Shown one piece after another: positions 40,501-50,209 of a stretch of DNA of 64,000 bases. Source of the DNA: an uncultured euryarchaeote (lineage in GTDB: Archaea > Thermoplasmatota > Poseidoniia > Poseidoniales > Poseidoniaceae); assembly GCA_937894115.1 (NCBI GenBank), contig CALBFP010000001.1, positions 14,245 to 78,244 on the forward strand. Reading direction: 5' to 3'. The first letter of the stretch is position 1. The number at the start of each line of letters is the position of its first letter. Under the pieces are notes generated by a model. That model did not search any database and was not told where the DNA came from. It was given only the letters and a program-made list of their open reading frames with translations. The translations under genes were made by a program, and so were the position numbers.

Positions 40501-40640
40501 AAGAAGATCGTGCTGATTTGGAAGCCGAATTGGCGCGGATTGATGCCGAACGTAAGCTCCGAAAACCCGAGATCGAACAACCAGCACATGACCCGCGTTT
40601 AGAAGCGCTTCAAGACCAATTGTCTGAATTGGATTTCTGA
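37506..40640 (+). CDS. Giant (1044 aa) cytoplasmic protein: N-terminal Roadblock-like domain(s), a central coiled coil of about 300 residues, and a C-terminal helical domain
   Basis: Residues about 140-240, L-Q-T-L-S-G-Y-E-H-V-R-G-G-L-A-A-D-Q-G-I-L-I-D-S-M-G-D-L-P-G-E-P-E-H-L-A-A-T-V-A-S-I...L-L-L-A-S-S-S-T-I-V-L-A-I-W-T-E-L-D-A-N, fit the Roadblock pattern. Residues about 440-760 are heptad-rich E/R/L/A/Q. Acidic C-terminal tail. Confidence 0.6.
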   Translation: MMFDLPHIERIDDEIDVSQGTIQPFDYGFITTWVGRRKTPFGHRLIRSGRIVGWICEGSSVNKLLGGADAREAMEEAEKNQHRLIASSCSLHGFADLAALLPEAFEFQADTQGLGARSALKDRLFARNISAVLQTLSGYEHVRGGLAADQGILIDSMGDLPGEPEHLAATVASISEAMNAQQENLGGDGNGYASLNMGDASLLLASSSTIVLAIWTELDANHARLLTDVVAKLDGEIGTYEEGSASIPDGFVLREGKGGADAVMSMLTAALEERVTGHLKAGVTGTSVSLALNNGLPVAMAANGQSFEDAMLGLTDSKRVLKLHRLASGTMVSSATGDVEEFTIKQFVEALSTVRTRSEKRRDTMVHRLMNMYGFEIGLDDVRAVRSKLTIHVGGQEIAQTLPSVAPLSGVDAGLRRRLEESERRADSLLRTNASLTNQLQDAEKERTEAMIRLDEIQQSSGQQTETIQSKNDELNRVQVTVSESRTRMEQAEERADRLLRRVGELEHQLSERAAELAKTLGDTESSEALRDELETLSNQEATTRADLESNAERLSSVRDQIELEERRLRSLEEQVATLRERQANAQSKSNTSEEKIRTAQARLDQIEAETLTSRRRAEEERQRLAEDEARRMQLHSEMRELMGERKELLTELGNLGARRGNAETELSGLIARAEALTDAHEEAVADIAEAERLRARLSEEPLAQALLNDDATFRGLGPVLERLEHARTLGYSVVLLDRAVERALQVVQSTVDHIAATPRHLLSSEVMTLLERQVPQTAGAVRGLARWSVQQRLENQLGETVGHLILDLEGILEDYDRSITMLRRMRNVLDQLGNLGAPPEEIEALRMNCMRPEALPSVAIETRRLIRVALDDIYLEADQRDAGEAIALEQTAQVLEELLTQIDASGLTRGVPRGAMWDFQRDGFLPFERTAIPVGQRIPVADEMMENIQSSLVVEEHVSLDAEPTVVETIDEWEEMPAPKEAEPTPASFEEEHSTPIKEDRADLEAELARIDAERKLRKPEIEQPAHDPRLEALQDQLSELDF

Positions 40641-40649
40641 TGTGATTCC

Positions 40650-40886
40650 ATGGTCGAAACGCTGTTGTTGCGCAACGAATCCAAAGGAAGGCAGTATCCA
40701 ATCGTTCTTGAAAAGATAATTTTTGTTTTAGGCATAATTGGTTTCGCATTCATCAATGATTACGTGTGGTCATCCATTGATTTGATTTGGTACCAATGGA
40801 TGGCATCGGTTGGTCTCGCAATCGTTTTGCTGATTCTGATTGAGTTCATCGGTCGAGGGATTCAATCACTGCGAGCATCAAAATGA
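40650..40886 (+). CDS. Small 2-TM membrane protein, third gene of the Roadblock module
   Basis: 78 aa. ATG is 10 nt after the giant gene stop. Helices I-I-F-V-L-G-I-I-G-F-A-F-I and V-G-L-A-I-V-L-L-I-L-I-E-F-I. Confidence 0.45.
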   Translation: MVETLLLRNESKGRQYPIVLEKIIFVLGIIGFAFINDYVWSSIDLIWYQWMASVGLAIVLLILIEFIGRGIQSLRASK

Positions 40887-42089
40887 TCAGTATTCTTTCT
40901 CTTGAACGGGTTCTTGTGTGCGTTTGCTCATTGAGTCAATGAGACCCCATACCCGCTGCCATGGTACGAAAAATCGGAGTACTGCAACCAGACTCAAGAA
41001 CAGAAGTGCTGAAATGACCAAACCATAGGTCAATGAAAGTTCAATCGATTCAGAGACTTGTGCAGCCCATTGACTTCCAGTCGATGCGCGAACAACCTCC
41101 AACAGAACACTATGGAAGCCGAGCGCAATCATTGTTACCAATCCTGTTATGAGAAGGAATCCAGCAGTGTGTCTCAAATGACCGTTCAATACATTGTCCA
41201 TCTGGCGGACGTATTCAGGGTCTCGTTTACAGGATTCAGGCAAACGATAAGCATACTCGAGATAGCGAATTACACCGAATCCAGACTCCTGGAATACCAT
41301 GATTAGAATGGCAATCAAAATCAATGAAAATTGCTCAGTTGTCACAAGATCGAATCCAAATATTCCTACGGTTGGATCACCCACTTGAGATTCAAGTGAG
41401 ATGAGGTTTGACCCCCAATCACCAAGTTGGCTCTTAATGAGTGGGAAGGTAAGAATGGCGTGGATGCCCAAAAACAGCAACGTGAATCCGATGGCCCAAC
41501 CGATGGAACGACGTGAAAGACCCCAAATTCCCCGAGTCCCCATGATAACGGGGAGAAGGTAGATGAAGAGAATTAACAAGGAGAGAATCATCAATAACGG
41601 CCATTCAAGCGTCCTAAGTTCATCTTCTGTAGGCGCTCTCAGGTCGAGTGAGAACAGCATTGAGGGAACCCAACTGAGAATCAAACGGCCAATGAGTAGC
41701 GTCATCAGACCGATGATAAAACCGAGTTTGATGCGCTGCTGGACGCGTGGTGATTGGAATGCAAGAAGCGCCATTGAGCCTCCGAGGCTCAAGCCCAATA
41801 CGATCGGGACATAGAAGCGGGCTAAACCTGTACGCCCTCTACCCGTTAACCAATCGCCAATCGGTATTTCACCCATACCCGATTCAAGAGTATCAAACAA
41901 TCTGGTGTGATCGATACTGTTCACAACATAAGTCGAAACGACCTCAAGATACATCCATACAAGCGCTATGGTTGCAACAACCTGCAAGGTGATGATTTGC
42001 CATTGCTTGCGCAACGTCTTGAGGTGCAGCGTTCGAGCTCGACCGCCCATCAAGGATACGTCGCTTTGGGGATCGACTTCACCGGCCAT
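40887..42089 (-). CDS. Hypothetical polytopic membrane protein (possibly the SpoIIM/DUF95- or DUF4129-like partner of the DUF58 cluster)
   Basis: 400 aa, about 9 TM. The family assignment is not supported by any motif I can name; it rests on context only. Confidence 0.45.
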   Translation of the reverse strand: MAGEVDPQSDVSLMGGRARTLHLKTLRKQWQIITLQVVATIALVWMYLEVVSTYVVNSIDHTRLFDTLESGMGEIPIGDWLTGRGRTGLARFYVPIVLGLSLGGSMALLAFQSPRVQQRIKLGFIIGLMTLLIGRLILSWVPSMLFSLDLRAPTEDELRTLEWPLLMILSLLILFIYLLPVIMGTRGIWGLSRRSIGWAIGFTLLFLGIHAILTFPLIKSQLGDWGSNLISLESQVGDPTVGIFGFDLVTTEQFSLILIAILIMVFQESGFGVIRYLEYAYRLPESCKRDPEYVRQMDNVLNGHLRHTAGFLLITGLVTMIALGFHSVLLEVVRASTGSQWAAQVSESIELSLTYGLVISALLFLSLVAVLRFFVPWQRVWGLIDSMSKRTQEPVQEKEY

Positions 42090-43364
42090 TCAATACCCCC
42101 TCACCTGCATAATTGCTTGAGACAAATCCATGTCAGGCATCCAATCGATGACCTGCGCACCAGAACCTGCGAGTGTTGTAAGACGATTTTGGCGCTCGAG
42201 TTTGAGAACTTCGTACGACATACGAGGAATGCGTGATACAAGGCGTTCAAAGTCGATACTGGACGGTGATAAGACCGTAACCTCATGACCGCGTCCAACC
42301 AGATCTCGAACTGCAGCAGGAACGGTTCCATCTCCTTCACAAGAGGAAATCACGAACACAGGACTGCCGCGACTGAATCGTCCACTGAGCGAATTGGTTA
42401 CGGCTTGCAACGGCATGGAACCCTCAGGTTTAACCCCAGCAAGCGAACTTAGGATCTTGAAATACTGCTTGTCTCCTGTATCAGGAGGTAGGTAAGCAAG
42501 ACCGTCTCCGTAGATACCAAGCGCAACGCTGTCTCTTCGCTTCAAGAAGAATGCAGCAAGGCTTGCAGCACTCACAGTACCCATCTCAAGCGGATTTTTC
42601 AAAACCGTGCCGATACGTGAAACATCACGAGAGTCGAGAAGGAGGTACAGGTCCGTAACGGCATCTCGACACTTTTCATTCACCATCAAATCACCAGTAC
42701 GGGCAAATGCCTTCCAGTTGATGTTCTTGAATGGGTCTCCTGGTACGTATTCACGCAGAGAATAGAATTCAGAACCTTGACCAGGTGTTCGGAGTGTTGT
42801 AGCACCTGTGTACATTTTCGGAGTACGTGAACGAAGGAATGCTTCCTCGACCTCTTTAATTTGCGGGAAGATTACAATGTCCGAATGGTGGTCGACATAC
42901 ATGTCCTCGATACCGAGATTGAAGGTGTTGCGAACGCGGAGCGATACGGGTCCGATGGAGTAGTGACCACGGAGAGGGCAACGCAAGACATACCGAATGC
43001 GAGCACTTTCACCAGGACGCAGATTGAGTCGCATCTGGTTCAGTCCACTTCGAAGCTTCATCTCGTGAGGGATGTTGTCGTATACATCGAGCAATTGTGT
43101 TCGGCGATTGGAACGGTTGGTAACGAGCAATTCTACGTACAGGTCATCGCCTTTGTACAAATTGTCGGCTGAAAGGGTACGTTGTACTTCAATATCGCCA
43201 TGGCCCGATACCCACGAATTCACGACAATGAATGTAATTAAGGCCAACCCAAGAATCATCATCTGATTGTTGGTGATCATCATTCCGATGAGAATGAGAG
43301 CGATACCTCCTGTAAACGTGAACGCTGCTTTACGTGTCCACATGATTTTCACCTGCGCCCCCAT
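42090..43364 (-). CDS. DUF58 family protein (MoxR-associated, vWA-like fold)
   Basis: Two N-terminal TM, then E-F-Y-S-L-R-E-Y-V-P-G-D-P-F-K-N-I-N-W-K-A-F-A-R-T-G-D-L-M-V-N-E, the hallmark DUF58 block. Confidence 0.7.
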   Translation of the reverse strand: MGAQVKIMWTRKAAFTFTGGIALILIGMMITNNQMMILGLALITFIVVNSWVSGHGDIEVQRTLSADNLYKGDDLYVELLVTNRSNRRTQLLDVYDNIPHEMKLRSGLNQMRLNLRPGESARIRYVLRCPLRGHYSIGPVSLRVRNTFNLGIEDMYVDHHSDIVIFPQIKEVEEAFLRSRTPKMYTGATTLRTPGQGSEFYSLREYVPGDPFKNINWKAFARTGDLMVNEKCRDAVTDLYLLLDSRDVSRIGTVLKNPLEMGTVSAASLAAFFLKRRDSVALGIYGDGLAYLPPDTGDKQYFKILSSLAGVKPEGSMPLQAVTNSLSGRFSRGSPVFVISSCEGDGTVPAAVRDLVGRGHEVTVLSPSSIDFERLVSRIPRMSYEVLKLERQNRLTTLAGSGAQVIDWMPDMDLSQAIMQVRGY

Positions 43365-44935
43365 GCCTTGATTCGCTTGACCAAAGCTACAGATTGTTCC
43401 AAGGAATATTTGCCGGGCTCAATGGCAAATTTCGCCAAAACAGGATCTTGTATCAATCCAACCAATTCTTTGGCCGACATGGCGTGGAATTCTTCCACAG
43501 TTAATCCATTTTGATTCCGAACCTTCGAGAGAAACACCTGCCGTATTTTCTCGGTTTTTGCGTAATATGTGTATCGGTTTGCATCACCAAATCCGTAGTA
43601 AATGATGCTAAACACATGGCGCCACGGCTCAGGATCTCGCTTCTTGAGAAGCACAGCCTCAAAGGTGATGAACAGCACAACAAAGAGCGCCAGCATTGCA
43701 AGGCCTTCTCCAGTGAAATAAACCAACAAAAAGTAGACGGTGTTGTATGAATCAGCCAACAGTGCGTTTTGAGGGTGACGGCTTTCATCGAAAATGACCA
43801 AAGCATTCTCTTCTGGTCCAATCTCGCCTTCCAGTGTGCTCATCAGGGCTTCAGCGATAACATCGAGTGCCCATTTTGAGTTGCTGTTTGGAGGAATGAA
43901 TGTGTCCGTTGGGCCGTATTTGCCTTCTTGGAATCCTTCGTAATCGTATATCGCATTAATGAGAGCACTACCATCGGCAACAAAGAACACGCGACCGCCT
44001 TCATCTGGATCGCAGTTGGTCGATGCACACGCTTCGATTGAAAGGTTGAATTGACCGCGAATGTCTGGACCCCAAGCCTCACCATCTCCGTTGACATCGA
44101 GAACTGCCTGATTGGTGGTGACAGCACGAACGCTAACATCTTTGAGTGCACCACGAACACCGGGAACGATTTCGAGGCCTGTGGCGTTGTTTAACAACAT
44201 CGTATACGTTCCATTGTATTCAATTCGACCCAATTCGCCCGAGATTTTAACCCAATGCTGTTGGCACAGTCCCGCTTCAGATTTTGTCATTTCTTGACCG
44301 TCAAATTTTGAACATGGGTGCGCACCTACGTCCGATGACCATCGCCCATGCTGGTCGATGGTGTCAGGGGCGAGTTCGGTATTGTTTGTGCCACATGGTC
44401 GTTCTTGGAGGCACATCCAGATGTAATTGTGGTCGAGTTCGTCCACATAGTTTGTATCGTACAGTTTGTGGCCAGAGTAGCGAACACCGTATGCTTCACC
44501 GATGGAACCAGCGTAACCAAAGTCCTCAAGGACGATGACGGTGCCTCCATTGTCAACAAATTCAACAATTGCTTCGATCTCTGAAGGAGAATAACCGTCT
44601 TCGGTCGAGATTGTAATGAATCCGTCCTCATCAAATTGCGGGAAGGAGAGCGTATCTCTTTCAACGCCAGCTACAACGAAGACCGTATTTCGTGGATCCT
44701 CAATATCGGCAAGGAGGAGGGGACTACTCACAAGCGATTTGGTTTCAATACCCATAGCGTTAATGTCCTCGCGAAAGGCTGACATATCGTCCCAATCGTC
44801 ATCGTAGGCAGAGAGTTGACTGGTTTGACTGATGTTGATGAAATTTTGTAGAATCGTGAAAAGCAGGATGCCGAGTACGGACCAAAATGCAATTTGAAGG
44901 CCAATCCGCTTGAGATTTTTGCTTCGCTCCGACAT
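43349..44935 (-). CDS. Membrane-anchored extracellular protein (DUF4350-like by context) with a second TM and a cytoplasmic tail
   Basis: 528 aa. N-terminal TM L-Q-I-A-F-W-S-V-L-G-I-L-L-F, a large acidic ectodomain, a late TM L-L-V-Y-F-T-G-E-G-L-A-M-L-A-L-F-V-V-L-F-I and a basic tail. Overlaps the DUF58 gene by 16 nt. Confidence 0.45.
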   Translation of the reverse strand: MSERSKNLKRIGLQIAFWSVLGILLFTILQNFINISQTSQLSAYDDDWDDMSAFREDINAMGIETKSLVSSPLLLADIEDPRNTVFVVAGVERDTLSFPQFDEDGFITISTEDGYSPSEIEAIVEFVDNGGTVIVLEDFGYAGSIGEAYGVRYSGHKLYDTNYVDELDHNYIWMCLQERPCGTNNTELAPDTIDQHGRWSSDVGAHPCSKFDGQEMTKSEAGLCQQHWVKISGELGRIEYNGTYTMLLNNATGLEIVPGVRGALKDVSVRAVTTNQAVLDVNGDGEAWGPDIRGQFNLSIEACASTNCDPDEGGRVFFVADGSALINAIYDYEGFQEGKYGPTDTFIPPNSNSKWALDVIAEALMSTLEGEIGPEENALVIFDESRHPQNALLADSYNTVYFLLVYFTGEGLAMLALFVVLFITFEAVLLKKRDPEPWRHVFSIIYYGFGDANRYTYYAKTEKIRQVFLSKVRNQNGLTVEEFHAMSAKELVGLIQDPVLAKFAIEPGKYSLEQSVALVKRIKAWGRR

Positions 44936-45024
44936 CCTTCCATCACCTACCTAGTACACCGTTCAGACATACACGCTTTCACATCGGTTTAGAAGGTTGT
45001 CCAACCCTGATGGAAAAATGCTCA

Positions 45025-45267
45025 TCAAATTTTGAGCATAATCACGTGCCCGAAGGCAGAAACTTCAGTTGATGGAATGGCTACAGTGCCATCTTTGAAC
45101 GGAAACGGAAGACGATTTGCGTCAATGTTCTCTGCACATCGGATGAGAAGTTCACAAATTTCACCGCTCGAGAGGTCGATAACAAAGTCTACCAGTGTGC
45201 CAAGTTTCTTTCCCTTCTTGTCTTGAACTGTGCGTCCAAACATTTCCTGGCCGAAACTTGATGCCAT
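45025..45267 (-). CDS. PRC-barrel domain protein
   Basis: 80 aa. G-R-T-V-Q-D-K-K-G-K-K-L-G-T-L-V-D-F-V-I-D-L-S-S-G-E-I resembles the PRC-barrel pattern. Confidence 0.5.
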   Translation of the reverse strand: MASSFGQEMFGRTVQDKKGKKLGTLVDFVIDLSSGEICELLIRCAENIDANRLPFPFKDGTVAIPSTEVSAFGHVIMLKI

Positions 45268-45319
45268 AGGATTCGCCTTACGGTCTCCTCAGCACGATAG
45301 GCCTTGACCGTTTCCATCC

Positions 45320-47545
45320 TCACATGGTTTCGATTCCGAAACCATAGTCGCGAGAACGCTTAATGTTCGACAAACCAGAGGTGAGTCGTGTTTCCATCTT
45401 CTGATAATACTCGAGCATTTCTGGCGTAACGGTTGGTCGAACGCGAGTGATCGCCTCATCAAAGTGCTTTTTAGTGACTTTCTTTTTCTCCTCACGCATC
45501 GCAATGAGAGCTGCTTCTCGACAAACAGCTTCGATATCTGCTCCAGTAAATCCTTCCATATTGCCCAACAAATCTTTGGTTGAGAATTTCGAAAGTGGCA
45601 TGCCCTTGGAATGTATTTCGAAAATGGCCTCACGGGCACCATGGTCTGGAGGTGGTACGTGAAGGACGCGCTCAAATCGGCCGCTTCGTAGAAGAGCAGG
45701 GTCGATCATTTCTGGACGATTGGTAGCAGCGACAACAATGACGCCATCGAGGGATTCGACTCCGTCCATGCTTGCCAAAAGTTGATTCACAACTCGATTG
45801 CCAACGTCGCTACCTTCACCGTTTGACGCACTACGCATGCTGGCGATGGATTCGAATTCATCAAGGAAGATAATCGAAGGGGAAGATTGCTTCGCCTTCT
45901 TGAAAATCTCACGTATTCCACGTTCGGATTCGCCGACCCATTTTGAAATCATTTCAGGCCCTTTAATGGATATGAAGTTGGCTTGTGCCTCGTTGGCGAT
46001 TGCTTTGGCAAGGAGTGTTTTTCCTGTCCCGGGTGCTCCAAACAAAACAATACCTCGGGGTGGTTTGATGTTGAAATGCTCAAACACTTCCGGCTTGGTT
46101 AGTGGCCATTCAACGGATTCTTTGAGTCGATCTTTGACCTCATCAAGTCCTCCAACCTCGTTCCATGCAATTTCGGGAACCTCAACATAGATTTCTCTCA
46201 AAGCCGATGGTTCAACATCTCTAATCGCAGAACGGAAATCGTCCATTCGGACTTCCATCTTCTCCAATACCTCTGGAGGAATCGTCTCTTCATCAAGGTC
46301 AATTTCAGGAAGATATCGGCGGAGCGCCTTCATTGCTGCTTCTCGTACGAGGGCTGCTAAGTCCGCACCGACGAAACCGTAGGTGTTGTCCAGAACCCAA
46401 TTGATCTCAAAATCATCAGCTATCGGCATCTGACGTGTATGGACCTCCATGATTTCCTTTCGCCCATCACGATCGGGAACACCAATCTCAATCTCTCGAT
46501 CAAATCTGCCTCCTCGGCGAAGCGCAGGGTCAAGAGCATCCCTGCGGTTTGTCGCTCCAATCACGACAACGTTGTCCCTTCCTTGCATACCGTCCAGCAA
46601 CGTAAGCATTTGAGCAACAACACGTCGTTCGACTTCTCCACTTACATCTTCTCGTTTTGGGCAAATGGAATCAATTTCGTCAATAAAGATGATTGCCGGG
46701 GACTTCTCACTCGCCTCATCGAAGATTTCTCTGAGTTGTTTTTCGGATTCACCGTAGTACTTTGAAATGATTTCAGGACCGTTTATGGATTTGAAATGGG
46801 CGTTAACTTCGGTTGCAACGGCTTTTGCAATCATGGTTTTTCCGGTTCCTGGAGGCCCGTGAAGCAAAACTCCTTTCGGTGGATCAATTCCAAGACGACG
46901 GAACAATTCTGGATGCTTGAGTGGTAACTCAATCATTTCTCGAACCTTCTGGAGTTGTTGGCCTATGCCTCCAACATCCTCGTAAGTGATGCCTTCGGAT
47001 TGACCAACATCTTCGTCATCGATGGCCTCGTCTTTGATGATGATGTCCGTATCGCTAGTGACCTTGACGATGCCTTTTGGTGTGGTTTGAACAACTGCAA
47101 ACGGTAGTGCTTCGGCAAACAGCGTCATGCCTGGAATGAAAATCCTATCACCTGCCATCACAGGACGCTTGGAAAGACCGCGACGGGCAAATCCCTCGAT
47201 TCCAGGGCCAAACTTGACCTTCTGCTTGTTGGCCATAACGGGTGAAAGTGTGAGTTTCGTGCACTCCTTGGCTTCAGCTTTCGTAATGGTAACCCTGTCA
47301 CCTAAACTAACGCCAGCATTCTTGCGAATGATTCCGTCGATTCGGATGATGTCCATCTTTGCGTCCTCTGGACGGCTTCGCCAGTAAATAGCGGCTGTAG
47401 CGCGCTTCTCACCTTTGATTTCAACGATGTCGCCCGGTTTTAGATCGAGTCCGTGTTCTCCTGAAATTCGTGCTCGGCCGTGACCTACGTCGGATGGAAT
47501 GGCCTTTGCTACGCGTAGTGATACCTCGCTTTCTTCTCCGGACAT
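45320..47545 (-). CDS. cdc48: CDC48/VCP-like tandem AAA+ ATPase
   Basis: N-domain plus D1 Walker A G-P-P-G-T-G-K-T and D2 G-A-P-G-T-G-K-T, and second-region-of-homology motifs. The start is placed at M-S-G-E-E-S. Confidence 0.95.
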   Translation of the reverse strand: MSGEESEVSLRVAKAIPSDVGHGRARISGEHGLDLKPGDIVEIKGEKRATAAIYWRSRPEDAKMDIIRIDGIIRKNAGVSLGDRVTITKAEAKECTKLTLSPVMANKQKVKFGPGIEGFARRGLSKRPVMAGDRIFIPGMTLFAEALPFAVVQTTPKGIVKVTSDTDIIIKDEAIDDEDVGQSEGITYEDVGGIGQQLQKVREMIELPLKHPELFRRLGIDPPKGVLLHGPPGTGKTMIAKAVATEVNAHFKSINGPEIISKYYGESEKQLREIFDEASEKSPAIIFIDEIDSICPKREDVSGEVERRVVAQMLTLLDGMQGRDNVVVIGATNRRDALDPALRRGGRFDREIEIGVPDRDGRKEIMEVHTRQMPIADDFEINWVLDNTYGFVGADLAALVREAAMKALRRYLPEIDLDEETIPPEVLEKMEVRMDDFRSAIRDVEPSALREIYVEVPEIAWNEVGGLDEVKDRLKESVEWPLTKPEVFEHFNIKPPRGIVLFGAPGTGKTLLAKAIANEAQANFISIKGPEMISKWVGESERGIREIFKKAKQSSPSIIFLDEFESIASMRSASNGEGSDVGNRVVNQLLASMDGVESLDGVIVVAATNRPEMIDPALLRSGRFERVLHVPPPDHGAREAIFEIHSKGMPLSKFSTKDLLGNMEGFTGADIEAVCREAALIAMREEKKKVTKKHFDEAITRVRPTVTPEMLEYYQKMETRLTSGLSNIKRSRDYGFGIETM

Positions 47546-47652
47546 ATCATCTCCAAGTTGCGAGAGTACTAAAACCATGAGTTGAGTAAATCCCTCAAAA
47601 TATGATGCGATTGCATCGTAGCCTTCATGGAGGGTATCGGACTCGAGTGGCT

Positions 47653-49281
47653 ATGGTCCACGTACTCGAAGCAGGTCTGACATTTATTGAAGCCAACAAT
47701 CCGAAAAACCGCCCGAGCGTGAAAGGATTCAACATCATCAACGGAAAATTGGCCGAAGCCAGCGATGGTGGGACGTTCCAATCGCAAAATCCAGCACTTT
47801 TGAGCGACATCCTTGGTGTCTTTCCGCTCTCAACACGAGACGATGTCGATGCGGCACTTGATGCGGCGCATGCTGCATTCGCATCTTGGTCGGCAACCCC
47901 TGCTCCAACACGCGGACAAATCATCGGAAACATGGGTCGCTTGCTAATGGAACACAAGGAAGACCTCGTGCGATTGCAAGCTCGAGAAATTGGAAAGACG
48001 CTGAAAGAATGTGGTGGTGAAATTCAAGAGGCCATCGATACTTGTTTGTTTTTCCAGTCCGAGGGACGACGCCTCTATGGGCAAACCGTAAACTCTGAAC
48101 TACCGGACAAAGAGTTGTTCACGTACCGCCGCCCACTCGGCGTTTGCGGCATCATTAACGCATGCAATTTCCCGTCAGCAGTCCCCTTCTGGAAAATGAT
48201 TCCAGCGATCATGTGCGGAAACACATGCGTCTGGAAATCGCCGCAAGACTCCCCGCTGCTCTCTTTTGCCTTGGCTCGAATTATGCACCAAGCAGGATTG
48301 CCTGACGGAGTAATCAATCTCGTTCATGGCAAGGGAAGCGGCGCTGGACAGTATCTCGTCGATGCGGTTGATGACGGTCGCGTCAACAAAATTTCGTTCA
48401 CAGGTTCAACCGCAGTTGGGAAGATGATCGGTGAGGTTTGTGGACGGAACCTCGTCTCATGTTCTCTTGAACTCGGAGGGAAGAACCCATTGGTTATCAT
48501 GCCTTCCGCCAACATTGAAAATGCTGTTGAAGGCGCTTATTGGGCCGGCTTTGGAACCGCAGGACAACGATGTACATCCCTTGGAAATTTAATTGTCCAC
48601 AAGGACATTTACGAGGAATTTGTCGAGAAATTGATGGCAAAAGTCCACGCAACACGTATCGGAGATTCACTCGAGCATGATGATGTTTTGTACGGATCTA
48701 TGCTGTCCGAGAAATATGCAAAAGACTTCTTGGAAGTCATCAAGATTTGCGAAGATGATGGTGCAACCAAGCTCTACGGCAAAGGTAGGATTACATCGGA
48801 CAACCAGCCTTCAGGATTTGTTGGAACAGCAGAGGAAGGAGTCTTCATGTGGCCCCATGTTTATTCAGACGTTACAGAAGACATGCGATGCTTCCACGAA
48901 GAGTTGTTTGGTCCAGCCGTAACCCTAGTGAAAGCGGACGATTTCAACCATGCTCTTCATCTTGCAAACGCAAGCCCTTACGGCCTTTCCTCGGCGATCT
49001 ACACCAACGATCGTCTCGAAGCCTATCGCTTCAAAACCGGTATCAAAGCGGGAATGACCGGAATCAACAACTCAACCACCGGTGCAGAGGCTCACCTACC
49101 GTTTGGTGGCGTCAAAGGCAGCGGAAACGGCACACGTGAATCTGGAATTTGGGTTATTGAGGCCTATTCCTATTGGCATGCAGTAAACGATGAACTGTCA
49201 GGAAAACTGCAACTCGCGCAGATGGATGTCGACGAAATCGAAATGGTTGAAGCAGAGGTTCGATGGGACGAACTGGTCTAA
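47653..49281 (+). CDS. Aldehyde dehydrogenase family protein
   Basis: E-L-G-G-K-N-P, catalytic Cys in A-G-Q-R-C-T-S, F-T-G-S-T-A-V-G. The track ORF starts at 47602; the start is placed at M-V-H-V. Confidence 0.85.
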   Translation: MVHVLEAGLTFIEANNPKNRPSVKGFNIINGKLAEASDGGTFQSQNPALLSDILGVFPLSTRDDVDAALDAAHAAFASWSATPAPTRGQIIGNMGRLLMEHKEDLVRLQAREIGKTLKECGGEIQEAIDTCLFFQSEGRRLYGQTVNSELPDKELFTYRRPLGVCGIINACNFPSAVPFWKMIPAIMCGNTCVWKSPQDSPLLSFALARIMHQAGLPDGVINLVHGKGSGAGQYLVDAVDDGRVNKISFTGSTAVGKMIGEVCGRNLVSCSLELGGKNPLVIMPSANIENAVEGAYWAGFGTAGQRCTSLGNLIVHKDIYEEFVEKLMAKVHATRIGDSLEHDDVLYGSMLSEKYAKDFLEVIKICEDDGATKLYGKGRITSDNQPSGFVGTAEEGVFMWPHVYSDVTEDMRCFHEELFGPAVTLVKADDFNHALHLANASPYGLSSAIYTNDRLEAYRFKTGIKAGMTGINNSTTGAEAHLPFGGVKGSGNGTRESGIWVIEAYSYWHAVNDELSGKLQLAQMDVDEIEMVEAEVRWDELV

Positions 49282-49395
49282 TCGTTCAAATTGTGCAACA
49301 TTTTCTTTCATAATTGGCACACTGCTTAAGGGCCAACCTCAAAGACCCCTTGTGTATTGGGTGAATCATCTCCCGTACTGGGAAAGGTGTGACTA

Positions 49396-50205
49396 ATGGG
49401 CGAGGGCATCAAACTTCCCGTCATAAACGGGCTAGGAAGGACCGATAGAATCGACAACTGGTGGGCCCAACCCTTTTGGATGGGCCTTGCCCTTACCGCC
49501 GCTCTGGTTTACACCGCATGGAGGCTGATTCTCTTTCCAGAAAGCATTTCTTACAGTCTAAAAGGATCGACAGTGGTATCGCCTATATTTTCACCGAACA
49601 TTTTGGAGTGGAGTCTATTTGGTCTCAATGAATGGAACCACCCCTCTTGGGTAAACGCAGCAATTCTCGTTCTCTGGATTCCTTTTGGATTCCGTGGAAC
49701 GTGCTACTACATGCGCAGAGTCTACTACAGAACCTTCTTTCAGTCACCAACTGGATGCTGGGTCGATGAACCGGAGATCAACAAAAAAATCGGTTACGGT
49801 GGGGAAAAGGGACTGTTTATCTTCAACAATCTTCATCGTTACTTTCTCTATGCAGCGATGATCATCATCGTCATCAAGTGGTGGGATGTCACCCACACCC
49901 TGCATTTCGATGCCGGTTGGGGCTTCTCCATTGGCACCTTCATCATGGCAACAGAAGCGTTTCTCTTAACCATGTACGTGACATCATGCCATGCACTTCG
50001 ACACCTCGCTGGAGGAAGTCTTGACAGATGGGCAAGCGGTATTTCCGCACTTCGCGGGCGTCTCTTCAAGCGCATCAGTGTCTTTAATCGGTCACATGGA
50101 TTCTGGTTTTGGGCAAGTCTCGGCTTCGTTTTTATTGGTGACCTGTGGACCATTGCTGTGGCGGAAGACATCATCTCGGACATGGCCTTTGTTTTGGTGG
50201 GATAG
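49396..50205 (+). CDS. sdhC: Putative succinate dehydrogenase membrane anchor, single-subunit about-5-TM cytochrome b, type-B-like
   Basis: 269-aa polytopic protein immediately upstream of sdhA and sdhB. Several His residues lie inside helices (W-N-H-P-S-W, L-H-R-Y-F-L-Y, T-H-T-L-H-F, S-C-H-A-L-R-H). The call is mainly positional. Confidence 0.45.
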   Translation: MGEGIKLPVINGLGRTDRIDNWWAQPFWMGLALTAALVYTAWRLILFPESISYSLKGSTVVSPIFSPNILEWSLFGLNEWNHPSWVNAAILVLWIPFGFRGTCYYMRRVYYRTFFQSPTGCWVDEPEINKKIGYGGEKGLFIFNNLHRYFLYAAMIIIVIKWWDVTHTLHFDAGWGFSIGTFIMATEAFLLTMYVTSCHALRHLAGGSLDRWASGISALRGRLFKRISVFNRSHGFWFWASLGFVFIGDLWTIAVAEDIISDMAFVLVG

Positions 50206-50209
50206 ATAC

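Noticed and set aside
49991-50209. 73-aa N-terminal extension of the sdhA ORF
   Set aside because: The extension overlaps sdhC in another frame. The canonical SdhA N-terminus, with the FAD-binding G-A-G-G-A-G, begins at the ATG at 50210.
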